This document shows, one piece after another, positions 40,555 to 53,200 of a DNA stretch of 64,000 nt (positions within the stretch are counted from its first letter, which is position 1; every line of letters starts with the position of its first letter). The stretch comes from Mobula hypostoma (taxonomy: Eukaryota): contig NC_086108.1 in assembly GCF_963921235.1 (NCBI RefSeq), positions 15,066,001 to 15,130,000 of the forward strand, given 5' to 3'. The position numbers and the translations under genes were made by a program. The notes beneath the pieces are model-generated. The model had not been told where the DNA came from and did not search any database. It worked only from the letters and a program-made list of their open reading frames with translations.

Positions 40555-40979
40555 GGTAAGAGGAGGACAGGCAAATGATCAGATCTCCCAAAGTGCAAGT
40601 CTAGGTATCAAATGGTAGGCATTCCTAATCATGGTATAACAGTGGTCGAGTGCATTGGGGCCCTGTTATCTGTTGAGTATGATTGGGCAGAAATTTCTTC
40701 AAATAAGCCTGATTGAAGCCCCTGGCAATGATTTGAAAGGCTGTTTCTTGGTTGCTAATCGCTTTACTCAATACCTCAAGTACTTGCTTAGCATCTGCCT
40801 TTGGTGATATGTAAACTGCGGTCAGAACTCTCAGTAAGTAGAACGGTCTGCACTTAATCATTTGATGTTCCAGGTTAGGAGAATAAAAGACCACAACATC
40901 CAAATACTACAAAGAGTTTATCATGAAACACAGACCCCCACCTCTTGCCTTCTCTGAATCAGCAGTTGATCCATCTGGT

Positions 40980-41730
40980 GGATTAAGAATCCCTCGGCCA
41001 GTGTCTTCCATAGTGGAGACTGATAGAAAACACTTATTCAGTTCATCTTGTCATTTCTTTCTTCCCCGTTACTACCTCTCGAGTGTCATTTTCCAGGATT
41101 TGAAGCCCATTCTTACTTCTCTTCTACTTTTTATACATCTAAAAAACTTGGTATCATCTTTTATATTATTGACTAGCTTACCTTCATATTCATCTTTTCT
41201 CTCCTCATTGGTTTTTAGTTGCCTCCTTTAGTTTGTAAAAGCTTCCAAATCCTCTAGCTTCCCACTAATTTTTGCTATATTGTATGCTCTCTCTTTTTCT
41301 TTTATGCTGTCTTTCACTTCAGAGACCTGTGTATAATTCCCATCAGTCTTTTTACCCCTGCAGTTTCTTAACTCTACCCACAAAGATACTTCAGCTTCTG
41401 ATCCACTTTTTTATAAGGATTTGATTTCATTGTTTATCAACATAGCTACCCCACCCTCTTTGCCTACCTGCCTCTCCTTTCAATATAATGTGTAACCTTG
41501 GATGTTAAGCTCCTAGCTGTGATCTTCCTTCAGCCATAATCCTGCAATGCCCACAATGTCACACCTGGCAGTTTCTAAACTGTTACAAGATCATCTGTCT
41601 TATTTTGTATAGTGCATGCAGTCAGATATAACGCCTTCAGTCCTATATTCACCACCTTTCTTTTCAATTTTGTCGCCATGTTGTCTGAAGTTAAATTCTT
41701 ATCCCATTAGAAACTTTTTGTCTTATTCTC
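40980..41730 (-). mobile_element. Deleted CR1 fragment (APE region)
   Basis: Colinear in pieces with 30030-31210. Confidence 0.7.
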
Positions 41731-42199
41731 TATTCCGGACAAAAATGTGGCTTAAATTGCAATAAAGTGTCAGCCTGGACTAGAAAAGACAAGAACACCA
41801 TGGCTATGAGCACGTTGGTGCTTTTATCCACAGACACCAGCACCCCTATCAGGGATCACATCCAAGTCTGAGTCTAGGTTGTCAATGTTGGCAAGCTAGT
41901 TGACAGTGAAAATTCCTGAACTAATTTCTCAGGCAGGTGCTGTGCAGTGGGAGCTTGCAGAGAGTAGTGACGAGAGGTGCTTTAGCTGTTTTCATTCTTT
42001 GTTGCCCTCCCAAACTCTGGCATTTAGGTGAGTGACAGCACTGTGGGTGACAAAGAGGGCCCATTACCTCTTCTAAAGGTGTATTTAACCAGAGGATCAT
42101 TGTAAGGCGTTTTAGCACTGTAACTATTTTCCCCAGAGAACCCGCTGATTCTCACAGCTACCTGGGCAATTCCTCTTCCCACTCTATCACTTGTAAAAC

Positions 42200-42580
42200 G
42201 CCATCCCCTTCTCTCAATTCCTCTGCTGCATCTGCTCTCAGGATGAGGCTTTTCATTCCAAAATTTCCTCCTTCTCACCTTCTCCTTACCTGCCCATCAT
42301 CTCCCTCTGGTGCTCTTCCACCTTCTCCAGTCCTTTATCTCTTTCTCCAATCCTTTATCTCTTTCTCCAATCATCTTCCCAGCTCTTTACTTCACCTCCT
42401 CCCTGTCTCCCGGTTTCACCTATCACTGACCTCCCCTCCTCCAATTTATTGCTCTAACTGACTTCCCATCTTTTTCCCAGTCCTGACGAAGGGTCTCGGC
42501 CTGAAACGTTGACTGTTTACTCTTTTCCATAGATGCTACCTGGACTGCTGAGTCTGTCCAGCATTTTGTGTGTGTTCCCC
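42200..42580 (+). mobile_element. Internally deleted PLE remnant ending just upstream of the zinc-finger exon
   Basis: SQFL...ICSQDEAFHS-like fragment, pyrimidine-rich UTR, and a tail matching 950-1050. Confidence 0.75.
42478..42515 (+). ncRNA. Minimal type-I hammerhead ribozyme motif (GUU cleavage triplet)
   Basis: cagtc-CTGACGA-a-gggt(ctcg)gcct-GAAAC-GTT-gactg; perfect 5-bp stem I. Confidence 0.75.
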
Positions 42581-42669
42581 CGAGTAGAGTTAGAAATGAG
42601 CCAGCAAAGGATGGCCAGCCATTGTGTATTTCTGTATAATGTCTGCTCTTTTCTTTGTTTACAATGCAG

Positions 42670-42782
42670 TCAGCACAGAGCAGCAAGTACAAAACAAGCA
42701 TGTGCCGAGACCTGAGGCAGCGGGGAGGCTGTCCTCGAGGAGCAAGCTGCACTTTTGCCCATTCCCAGGATGAACTCGAAAA
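42670..42782 (+). CDS. RC3H1: Roquin-1 exon (approx. 9), CCCH zinc finger: [37 protein letters not shown](K)
   Basis: Manual translation; C-x8-C-x5-C-x3-H motif; tgcag acceptor, AA|gtaagt donor; 113 bp. Confidence 0.95.
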
Positions 42783-44339
42783 GTAAGTGCTATACAGGCT
42801 CACTGCGGACATTTGTGTTTCATGTCACCTGACTCTGCACAGTCCTGCTGGGAAAGTTGAATCTCCCCTTTTTTTTAGAGAAGTGACTTATTTTGCACAG
42901 ATTATCAGTTGTTTGATTTAACAGCCACTGTCCTGCTTTGTACCACGTCCCACATCGTGCCATTGATTGTGCCCCTGTTTTATTCCTACATTTAGTCTCT
43001 TGCCAGTTTGTAGGTGCTTCCATATCCTAAGTGAACACATGAGCCCCCTGCTGTACTGTGGAACCATAACCTACAGTACCTCAACTGAATGTTCTGCAGA
43101 AATGGTATTGAGAAATGAGAGCCTTGTGTTTCCAGGATGGGAATGGGAATGTCCAATACAAGAAGGCACTGCTTTAAGGTGTGAAAGAGAGAGAGAAAAT
43201 TTAAAGGCAATGTGTGAAACAAGACTTTTCTCCTCTAGCAAAGAGTGGAAGGTGCGTAAAACATGCTGCCATGGGTGGTGGTGGAAGCAGATATAACAGG
43301 GAATCGAGAGATGTAGACCCTGTGCAGACAGATAGGATTAGGTTAGATTTACATCATGGTCAGCACAGACATAGTGGGCTGAAGCGCCTGTGCTGTTCTG
43401 TGTTCTTGTAGTGCAGGGACACTGCTTCTAATTCAGGCATCATGACTCTGACTATTTCTGTAACCAACTAGCTATTAGACAGGGAAACAAGATTCAACAG
43501 GATTTGAGAATGAAGGGGATAAAAATATGACATTCAGTGAAAATTTTATCAGCCTATTGACATGGAATAGGCCCCACACAGCTATTTGTAGAGGTAGAAT
43601 GTGGGACAGACCAATGCAAGTCGGATGTAAGCTGGCATAATGAGGGAAATTTCTTTCCTAATCTCTTGCAATGTTATGAAAGCATACAGAGCATCTGATT
43701 TGTTAGATTTGCATTTGCTGCTGAAGCACGGAATGATGTAAAGAGACATTCTCTGGATGTTGCACAGCTGCCTCACAGAAACCAAGATAGGACTGTCAGG
43801 TGGTTATGGAGAAACTTGGTCAACCCCCATTCCAAGCACTGGGCACGTTATCCATGCAGATAGTTGCATCCTAGATCCATCACAATGAGATTAGTGAAAT
43901 ATGCATGGAGGGGCCATGTCATGGAGTATATGACAGAGACTGATGTGTTGTGGATGATGTTCAGGCTTATGGAGAGAAGACAGGAGAATGGGATTGAGTG
44001 GGAAAATAATAGACATGATTGATTACCAGAGCAGACTCGATGGACTGAATGGCCTAATTCTGCTCTTATGTCTTATGATTTTATGAAAAGAGTTTTAAAG
44101 GCAGCTTGCAAAAGCTATGTTAAAATATAATTGAATGTAAAATTGATTCAAGTGTTTAAATTTGTGAAGATGTTGCAGATAGAGAAAGACTGGCTATTTA
44201 CACTAGTGATACAGGAAACTGCTGATGCTGGAATATGGAGCAACACACAAAGTACTGCAGGAACTCAAGCTCAAGCAGCATCTCTGGAGGGAAATGGGCA
44301 ATCAATGTTTTGGGTTCAGACATCTAGACAAGGACATTC

Positions 44340-46385
44340 TGAGGACCATAAGACAGGAGCAAAATTAAGCCATTCAGCCTATTGACTCTGCTCTAGCATT
44401 CAAGCATGATTAGGTTTTTTTAGACTCTGCAACAGAACATAGATAGGTTGAGTGAATTAGGTGAAAACTTGGCAAATGGGTTGCCCAAAGTCACACACTT
44501 CAGTAAGAGGAATCCAAATGAGTGGAGTACACCTGAGTGTTCTTTTGCATGAATCATAACAGCAGGAGCAGCAAGTAGGAAGGCAAGAGGGTTGGAGTTG
44601 AGAAATAGATAATTTCGCAATCACACCTCTGAGCATCACATTTGCAATGCAACACACACAACTCAGCACAGGTCACAATGGAAAGACACCTATCCCACTG
44701 GCCCAAACTGGGTCCACATTTATCTGAGCAACACCCAGTGAGGTTGTAGCACCAAGCCTTGTCTGCGTGAACAGTCATCATTCTTCTGGATGAGCCATGA
44801 ACATGAGGTCCCATAACCCAGATTGAGACAAGGATATCATTCACCATTTCATCATAGCAGATCCAATTTTCCTTTCAGTCCCAATCTCCTACCTTCTCCC
44901 TATATCCCTCGAACCCTGACCAATCAAGAACGCTTAAATATACACAAAGACTTGGCCTCCACAACTGCCTGTGACAAAAAATTCCACAGGTTCACCACTC
45001 TCTGGCTAAAGAAGTTCCTCCTCATCTCCATTCTAAAAGGATGCCCCTTATTCTGAGGCTGTGTCCTCTGGTCTTAGACTCCTCACCATAGCAAACATCC
45101 TCTCTACTTCCATCCTATCAAGGCCTTTCACCATTCGATAGGTTCCAATGAGGTCACCCCGCACTCTTCTGAATTGTAGATACAGGCTCAGAGTCATCAA
45201 ACACTCTTCATATGACAAGTTGTTCAATCCTGGAATCATTTTCGTGAACCTTCTTTGAACCCTCTCCAGTTTCAGCACATCCTTTCTAAGAAAAGGGGCC
45301 CAAACCTGCTCTCAGTACTACAAGTGAGGCCTCACCAGTGCTTTATAAAGTCTCAACATTACATCCTTGCTTTTATATTCTAATCCTCTTCAAATGAATG
45401 CTTACATTGCATTTGTTGTCTTCATCATAGACTCAAAGTGCAAATTAACTTCTAGGGAATCCTGCACAAGGACTCCCAAGTCCCTTTGTTCTTCAGGTTT
45501 TTTTTTTATAGTTTCCCTCCATTTAGAAAATAGTCAGCCCTTTCATTTCTTCTACCGAAGTGCATGACCATACACTTCCCAACACTGTATTCCATCTGCC
45601 ATTTCTTTTCCTGTTCTCCTAATCTGTCTGCCCTCTGTAGCCCCTCTACTTCTTCAAAGCTACCTGCCCCTCCACCTATCTTTATGTCTGCAAATGTTGC
45701 AACAAAGCCACCAATTCCATCAGCAACATCATTGACATATAACATAAAAAGAGTCGGTCCCAACACAGGTCCCTGTGGAACACTACTAGTCACCAGCAGC
45801 CAGCCAGGAAAGCTTCTCGTTATTCCCATTCTTTGCCTCCTGCCAATCAGCCACTACTTTATCCATGCTAGAATCTTTCTTGTAGTACCATGGTCTCGTA
45901 GCTTGTTAAGCAGCCACATGTATGGCACCTTGTCAAAGGCCTTCTGAAAATCCAAGTACACAATATCAAGCAATTCTCCTTTGTCTATCCTGCTTGTTAT
46001 TTCTTCAAAGAATTCCAACAGATTTGTCAGGCATGATATTTCCTTGAGGAAATTGTGCTGACTATGGCCTATTTTACCATGTGCCTCCAAGTACCCTGAG
46101 ACCTTATCCTTAATAATCGACTCCAATGTCTTCCCAACCACTGAGGTCAGACTTACTGACCTATAGTTTCCTTTCTGCTGTCTGTCTCCCTTGAAGAGGG
46201 AAGTGATATTTGTAATTTTCCTATCTTCTGGAGCCATTCCAGAATCTAGTGTTTCTTGAAAGGTCATTACTAATGCCTCCACAATTTCTTCAGACACCTT
46301 TTTCATATCTCTAGGATGTTCACCATCTGGTCCAGGTGACTTATCTACCTTCGGACCTTTCAATTTCCTAAGAACCTTCTGTGTA
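44340..46385 (-). mobile_element. CR1 LINE 3' part, interrupted at about 44415-44840
   Basis: ORFs 45854..46474 and 45506..45829; accataagac tail as at 28342. Confidence 0.85.
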
Positions 46386-48048
46386 GTCCCAGAATAGAGC
46401 AATGGGAAACTCTTGCATTGAAACTTCATATCCTGTTTAGATCCCAAATCCAACAAGGATGTTTCACAGATCACTGTTAGAACTTGGACCCCGTGCTATA
46501 GCTCCCCTGGGACTGTTAGTGGGGTAGAATGAAGGACATTTTACCCAGTGTCTCATCCATGCTACAGCTCAAACAATAGGTGGAACAATGTCAAAGAGAT
46601 ACCGCTGGTGGTTGTATGGTGATAGGTAATTCACAGATTTTATAACCCTAGCTAACAGCCTGAATGACTCTTGAGGTGATATAAATCTCCAATATTACCT
46701 AAGACTGGAGTCACAAAAGTCCCATAAGAGTGTAACATCCCTCTCCTTGAAGGACATTAGCAAATTATGGGGTGTTTGCCAATATGTAATCATCTGCCAT
46801 GCCACTCCTAATAATTCTCAAATTTTTGAATTTGATTTAGTATTTCAATATATTTGTACTGAAACTATGTGCTAGGGATGTAGTCCAGTGTCCCAAATAA
46901 TCCACACCCCTTCCTAATATTGTAAACAAAATGTTCTGATACCAGGATTTGACATTGAAGCAAGAAACAAAAGTATAATCCCTACACATTGGCCCTGTTA
47001 GCAGGGGGTTCCTTCATGATCATGTGTTCCTTAGATCCTAGACCTTACAGTGTCCAATGCTGAAATCCACTAAGAATTTATTTCTTATATATTTCAACCC
47101 CATGCTCGTGTTTTGGGAGGTTACAGTACAATTTCCTGTCTCCAGCCATCCTACTACCACACATTCCCAACACTGATCAATGATGCTGTGGCAGCTGTTG
47201 TACCCATAGGCTCCAGCAACTACTGCTCTTGGCATGTGGTTCTGATGGGTGACATACCATCCTGCTGATATCCTCCATGTTATGGATGAGAATGTCCCCA
47301 TGACTACTCACAGGAGTACATAGAACAGTACAGGACTGAATCGGGCCCTTCAGCTCACAATATCTGTGCCAAACACAATGTCAAATTAAACTAACTCTGT
47401 TCTGCCTGTATCCCTCCATTCTCGTATGTCTATGTAAACAGCCTCTTAAACACCAGTGTTGTATCTGCTTCTACCACCACCACCCCAGGAACATATTCCA
47501 GGCACTCATCCCTCACTATTGTGTGCACATCTTCCATAAACATTCTCTTACCTTAAATGCATATCCTCTAATATTTGAAGTTTCTAACCTGGGTAAAAGA
47601 CTCTTGATTATCTACCCTATGTATGCTTATCATAATTTTCAAAACATCTACCAAGTTTTGCCTCATCCTCCATTGCTCCAGAAAAAAAAACACTTGAGTT
47701 TTCAACCTCTCTATAACTTACACCCTCTAACGTCGTAATCCCATTCTCAATCCTAGTAGAAGTGTTTCTCATAGTTTTTTACCAAGACAAATAAAACTGT
47801 ATCTCGGGCAGCTCACCCCAGATCCAATGGCATAGATCTTTGCTCAAAAACTTGCATTTCCTTTCAGGAAGCCTGGCTTTTATCTATAATAACAGTGCAA
47901 GAGCTTGGTGCTTCGCCTTGGGAGATAGATTTTCCAGTTCCCATGTTGGGCAAGTGTTCCCCTGGCACATCCAGCAAGCCCATTGCTGTCAGATGCATAA
48001 CTGCTGAACAGAAGTGCAAGAACAAAGTCATTTCTAAGGCAGGAACCA

Positions 48049-49385
48049 GAGAGGGTCACAGGTCAGGGCAGGATCCTGTACCTGGGGAGGGTCACAGGTC
48101 AGGGCAGGATCCTGTACCTGGGGAGGTCACAGGTCAGGGCAGGATCCTGTACCTGGGGAGGGTCACAGGTCAGGGCAGAATATTGTACCTGGGGAGGGTC
48201 ACAGGTCAGGGCAGGATCCTGTACCTGGGCAGGGTCACAGGTCAGGGCAGGATCCTGTACCTGGGGTGGGTCACAAGGTCAGGGCAGGATCCTGTACCTG
48301 GGGAGGGTCACAGCTCAGGGCAGGATCCTGTACCTGGGGAGGGTCACAGGTCAGGGCAGAATATTGTACCTGGGGAGGGTCACAGATCAGGGCAGGATCC
48401 TGTACCTGGGGAGGGTCACAGGTCAGGGCAGGATCCTGTTCCCAAAGGGAGGGTCACAGGTCAGGGCAGGATCCTGTTCCCAAAGGGAGGGTCACAGGTC
48501 AGGGCAGGATCCTGTTCCCAAAGGGAGGGTCACAGGTCAGGGCAAGAGCCTGTTCCCAAAGGAAGGCACAGGACAGGGGTTGAGTATGTACCCGGGGTGT
48601 GGCACAGTTCAGGTCAGGAGCCTAAATGCGGGAGGGGCACAGTACAGGGCAGGAGACTAGCCTGGCATGGGCACAGGTCATGACAGGATCCTGAACCCTA
48701 GTGGGATGCAGGGCAGGAGCCAGGAAGGGGCACAGGTCAGGGCTGGAGCCTGTACTCGGGGAAGGGGCACAGGTCAGAGCCAGGAGCCTGTACTCGGGGA
48801 AGGGGCACAGGTCAGAGCCAGGAGCCTGTACTCGGGGAGGGGTGCAGGTCAGAGCAGGAGCCTGTACTCGGGGAGGGCGCAGATCAGGGCAGGAGCCTGT
48901 ACTCGGGGAAGGGCACAGGTCAGGGCAGCGGCCTGTACTCGGGGAGGGGCGCGGGTCAGGGCAGGTGCCTGTACTCGGGGAACTGTACAGGTCAGGGCGG
49001 GAGCCTGTACTCGAGGAAGGGTACAGGTCAGAGCGGGAGCCTGTACTCGGAGGGGCGCAGGTCAGAGCCAGGAGCCTGTACTCGGGGAGGGCGCAGGTCA
49101 GGGCAGGGACCTGTACTCGGGGAGGGGCGCAGGTCAGAGCAGGAGCCTGTACTCGGGGAGGGGCGCAGGTCAGGGCAGGTGCCTGTACTCGGGGAGGGGT
49201 GCAGGTCAGGGCAAGAGCCTGTACTCGGGGAGGGGCGCAGGTCAGGGCAAGTGCCTGTACTCGGGGAGGGCGCAAGTCAGGGCAGGGACCTGTACTCGGG
49301 GAGGGGTGCAGGTCAGGGCAGGTGCCTGTACTCGGGGAGGGGCGCAGATCAGGGCAGATGCCAGGAAGGGCCACAGGGCTGGGCC
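48049..49385 (+). repeat. G-rich minisatellite, 36-38 bp unit, two sub-arrays
   Basis: gagggtcacaggtcagggcaggatcctgtacctggg (period 36 from 48051 to 48087); variant ggggaggggcgcaggtcagggcaggagcctgtactc after about 48720. Confidence 0.95.
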
Positions 49386-50499
49386 TATGAACTTGAAATC
49401 AAAGTAAAATTTATTATTGAAGTACATATGTTACCATATACTCCCTTGAGATTCATTTTCTTGCAGGCATTCACAGGAAATAAAGGAATATAGTAGAATT
49501 TATGAAAAATTCTGTATAAGCAAAGATTGACAAACAACCAATGTGCAAAAGAAGACAAATTGTGCACATAAAGCATACTCAGAACATGAGTTGTAAAAAA
49601 ATGCTTGAGAGCGAGTCTGAAGGTTGTGTTTTGTTGAGTTGTCGTGAGTGAAGTTATCCACACTAGTTCAGGAGCCTGATGATTGTTGGGTCGTCACTTC
49701 TGCTGAACCTGGTGGTGTGGACCCTAAGGCTTCTGTACCTCTTGCCCGAGTGTAGGAGAAGAGGAGAGCATGGCCTGGATGGTGGGAATCCTTCATGATG
49801 GATGCTGCTTTCTTCTGACAGGGTTCCAAGTAAATGTGCTCAGTGGTGGGGTGGGCTTTGCTCGGTGATGAGCTTGGACAGCTTGCCAGTTCAGTGGAAT
49901 TTCAGACTACTACCTTAGTGCTGACAGTTCTCAGAGTGCTCCTAATGAAGTCACTGCTCGTAGTTTCCAACAGGAACATGCTATCATTTCATTAAGAGCA
50001 ATCTAATTGCTGCAGCCTGTTGCCACATCACCTGTGGACCACACTCCTTGGTGACTGATTCCAACACAAAGAAAATTTGACAATTTGAGCTGGCCATATT
50101 CCAGCCACTTTCATCACACCCCATCTTGGGACTGAATACCCTGCCTCTGCACTCCTGTCTTTGTCCACCACACACAATGAGCTTTTCAACATAAAGCCTT
50201 GTCAGTGTAGTCAGCAACTTCAGACTCTCCCTTGTCTGGCTAGGTGGCTCTTAACTTCAAGTGAATCAACTGTTTACGTTGTAAAAAATCTAAAATGTAG
50301 CAAAGCAAAAGATGTGGCTTAACACTAGAGTAACAATCATTTCCTCATATTGCACAGCCAAGATTATTTCAGGTGTAATGTGAAGTTTTCAGGGGCACTA
50401 AATTTCCAGTCCCCAGCGATAAGAACCATCAGCACTCCTCAGACCAGCTGTGACTCTGGCTGACCTGTTTGATCTCTTGATGATGTCTCTCCCTTCCAG

Positions 50500-50799
50500 A
50501 TTTCGCATGAGGAACAAGCGGTTAGCAGCCGGGCGGCCTCTCAGCCAATCCCTCACCCAACTCAGCAAGGTGGGAGGGGTGATGTCAGTCACGTCCAACA
50601 GCTTGTCTGACGAGGGCTCCTTGGAAGCCGGCACGAAGCCCGTGTCCATTCAAAACGGCATGGTAGTCACGAGCAACAGCATTGCACAGCTGATATCCCG
50701 TGGGACGGACTGCACCTATGACATTGCAGTGAAGCCAGGCAAGATGGGCGACATGAGTATGAGTGCGCCGGGATCGGTGTCAGGATCTCCACCAGACTC
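50500..50799 (+). CDS. RC3H1: Roquin-1 exon (approx. 10): FRMRNKRLAAGRPLSQSLTQL...QLISRGTDCTYD...SAPGSVSGSPPD(S)
   Basis: ORF 50450..50803; ttccag acceptor, TC|gtaaga donor; 300 bp, phase 2 to 2. Confidence 0.92.
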
Positions 50800-52979
50800 G
50801 TAAGAAAACTCTTTATCCTCACAGTAAGGTGCATTTAACATCAGCCCAATAAAAGCCCAAGAGCTGTCAGCTTCCCTAGTCACCTGGTGGGTGGGAATCT
50901 CCTCGACTGCTCTGAGAGTCAATTCACCAATAGCCTGCTGCACAAGACCACTTTGTCTGGAGGCCCCTTTCCCCAGTGGATCACCCATTCACCCATTGCC
51001 TGCTCTCTCTGCAGGAGTTCCCTCAGCTTTCAGCAGCTTACTGGAACATTCACTCGCAGTGCTGGGGTGTTTGAAGCATTGAGCATGGAGAAGCTTGTAT
51101 TTTTATGATCTGTTTCATGTCTTCCGTCAGTCCAGATGTAAACAGCCTTCAGAGTGCAGATGAAGTATTGCCATTCCTACAATGGCAATGTGGGAAAGCC
51201 CAACAAGCCAATTTGTGTTCTGCAAACATACCAAATGTTTTCAGTGTTGTTTGAGGTTTAAGCTCATCTTGCTCATCTTGTGTTTTGTGATCGTTATGGT
51301 ATTACCTAGAATCTATGACAAGCAGAGACGTATCCCATGCAACTGGTCTGTGCTGAGTGTTCCATCTGTCTCACCACATTCTACTTACCTGCTCCCAACC
51401 ATTCTCATGCCCCTGTTTGTGTTCAACCTCCATTTAAATGCTTGAATCCTATCTGCCTAGCATTTCCCAATGCTGTGACAAGAATACTCTCAGATAACCC
51501 ATCTGAATCACGTGAATAATGAACATGGATGAATCCTGCACACTTAATTCAAAAACAAAGGATGGATATATAAAACAAATAGAATATAGAAATATTCAGC
51601 AGGTCCAACAGCATATGTATCTAGAGAAATAAATGAGAACTAACTTTTTCAGTTCTATACATTTCTTCAGAACCTGAATCCTTTAACTAAAGAAACAAAT
51701 CAGGGAAAAGTCTGTTGGGTTCATTAGCCTGATGACTGAGACAAACATAAACGGTATCTAAGTGAGGAAAACCACCTGAACCATTCCTTCCCGCCTCCAG
51801 TGACTAGACTGTGGACCATCTACAAAGTGCACTGTAGTTGCAGACCACTTCAACAACACCTTTCTCTGCCACTAAGCAGAACATGAGCAGCATGTGTGTG
51901 GGGATGGCATGATTTTTAGAAGCTGGTTCACAACCACGCCCCATTGGCGGTAAGTGCTGGCCTTGTCAGAAGTGCCCACATTCCAAACAATGAAAAATAA
52001 AGCAGCCTCCCCCTCCACCCTACTTCCCCGTTCCGTTAGATCTTTGCTGCGCTATTCTCTATCCAAACACCTGCCTTGCTTCCACTTCATGTGCCTAACA
52101 AAAATCCACTGTCATTTTTAAGTAACTCAGCTTCTACAGCTCTTTGCAGAAATAGGGTTCCAGATTATCAGTGCACCTTCTGCCAAAAAAAAGGAAATAC
52201 TTCCAGGTACCATGTGTCAGTGAAGGTGCTGCCTTTGTTGGAATATTAAAACATGATAGCTCTTGATTTGCAACCAGAGGAAGTAGTTTCCCTCTTTATC
52301 CACCCTGTTAGCCTAAGGAGACAGGTCTAAAAATGGCAAATGAAATTGGTTAGTATTGATGAGGTGGGCTGAAGGGCCTGTTCTAGTGATGTGCAGTTTT
52401 AAGATTCTGGGTTGGTGGTGACCAAAGGCGAAATCCCACCATAGTAAATTATTGGGTAAATGTCATTGATCAGCAAGTATTATTTCTGAGAGTAGTGCTG
52501 CTATGTATAAAAGTCAATGCACAGGGAAAGCTTTCCCCACAGCTTTTCACGCCATTGGGTCCCTAAGTATTAATTAGAAGAGTGTGGGTGTCCTGATCAA
52601 TATTTATTTATCAACCAGCAGTATCTGGTGGTTTTCTCCTTGCTTTGGGCTGTGTTTCCTACATTACAACAACCCTACATCAGAAGCATCAACAACCTCT
52701 GCTCTCAGATGCTGCTTGAGCTGCTGAGTTCTTCCTGCGGATTGTTGCTCCCCACAAGACATGCTGAATGTCAACGTTCCCCATCTGCCAGATCCTGATG
52801 CCAAAGTTGCATGTGGAAACAGGATTCAAACAGTATACAGTCATGCGTGTATTTGGCTTCAGCTTCTTTGCTTAAGGAACTGGATGGGCTACTCCTGTTC
52901 TTGTCCTTCTTCTTCTCTGGGTATGTGAAGCTCCCCGCATTGCTTCAAGCTAATCCTTTCCTTCCCTGTATCTCAGCAG

Positions 52980-53200
52980 GATTGAATTGCCACAGAAGAG
53001 CTCCCTTGGTGCGGTGCAAATCAGTGCCCTCTCCGTGCCACCGCGAATAAGTGCCGAGATGCCACCCATGCCAGTCTCCAAGCAGATCCAGATGGTACCA
53101 CGGGGATCACAAATGTACACCCCGAGCCAGCAGCCCGACATGTACTACCAGGACCCAAGGAGCTCAGCTGCTTCCTATGAGCCACCGCAGTATCCGCCAA
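52980..53200 (+). CDS. RC3H1: Roquin-1 exon (approx. 11), proline-rich: IELPQKSS...MPPMPVSKQIQMVPRGSQMY...YYQDPRSSAASYEPPQYPP; alternative start 52977 (NAGNAG)
   Basis: ORF 52987..53286; cagcag acceptor, A|gtaagc donor; phase 2 to 1. Confidence 0.92.

Larger units (their letters stand above)
35121..40975 (-). mobile_element. Degenerate Rex1/Babar-type LINE hosting a Tc1 and a CR1
   Basis: ORF 37655..38173 LDPLQFAY...MLFIDYSSAFNTIIP; APE fragment KCRPFYL...AVYISP at 40625..40903. Confidence 0.8.

Noticed and set aside
44630..44840. Unexplained segment inside a CR1 tail with minus-strand atgatga...ctga boxes
   Set aside because: Antisense to the host gene, no terminal stem, and partly similar to scrambled CR1 sequence; could not be assigned
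47895..49493. ORFs of 229-262 aa in several frames on both strands
   Set aside because: Translations of the G-rich minisatellite; no domain signature
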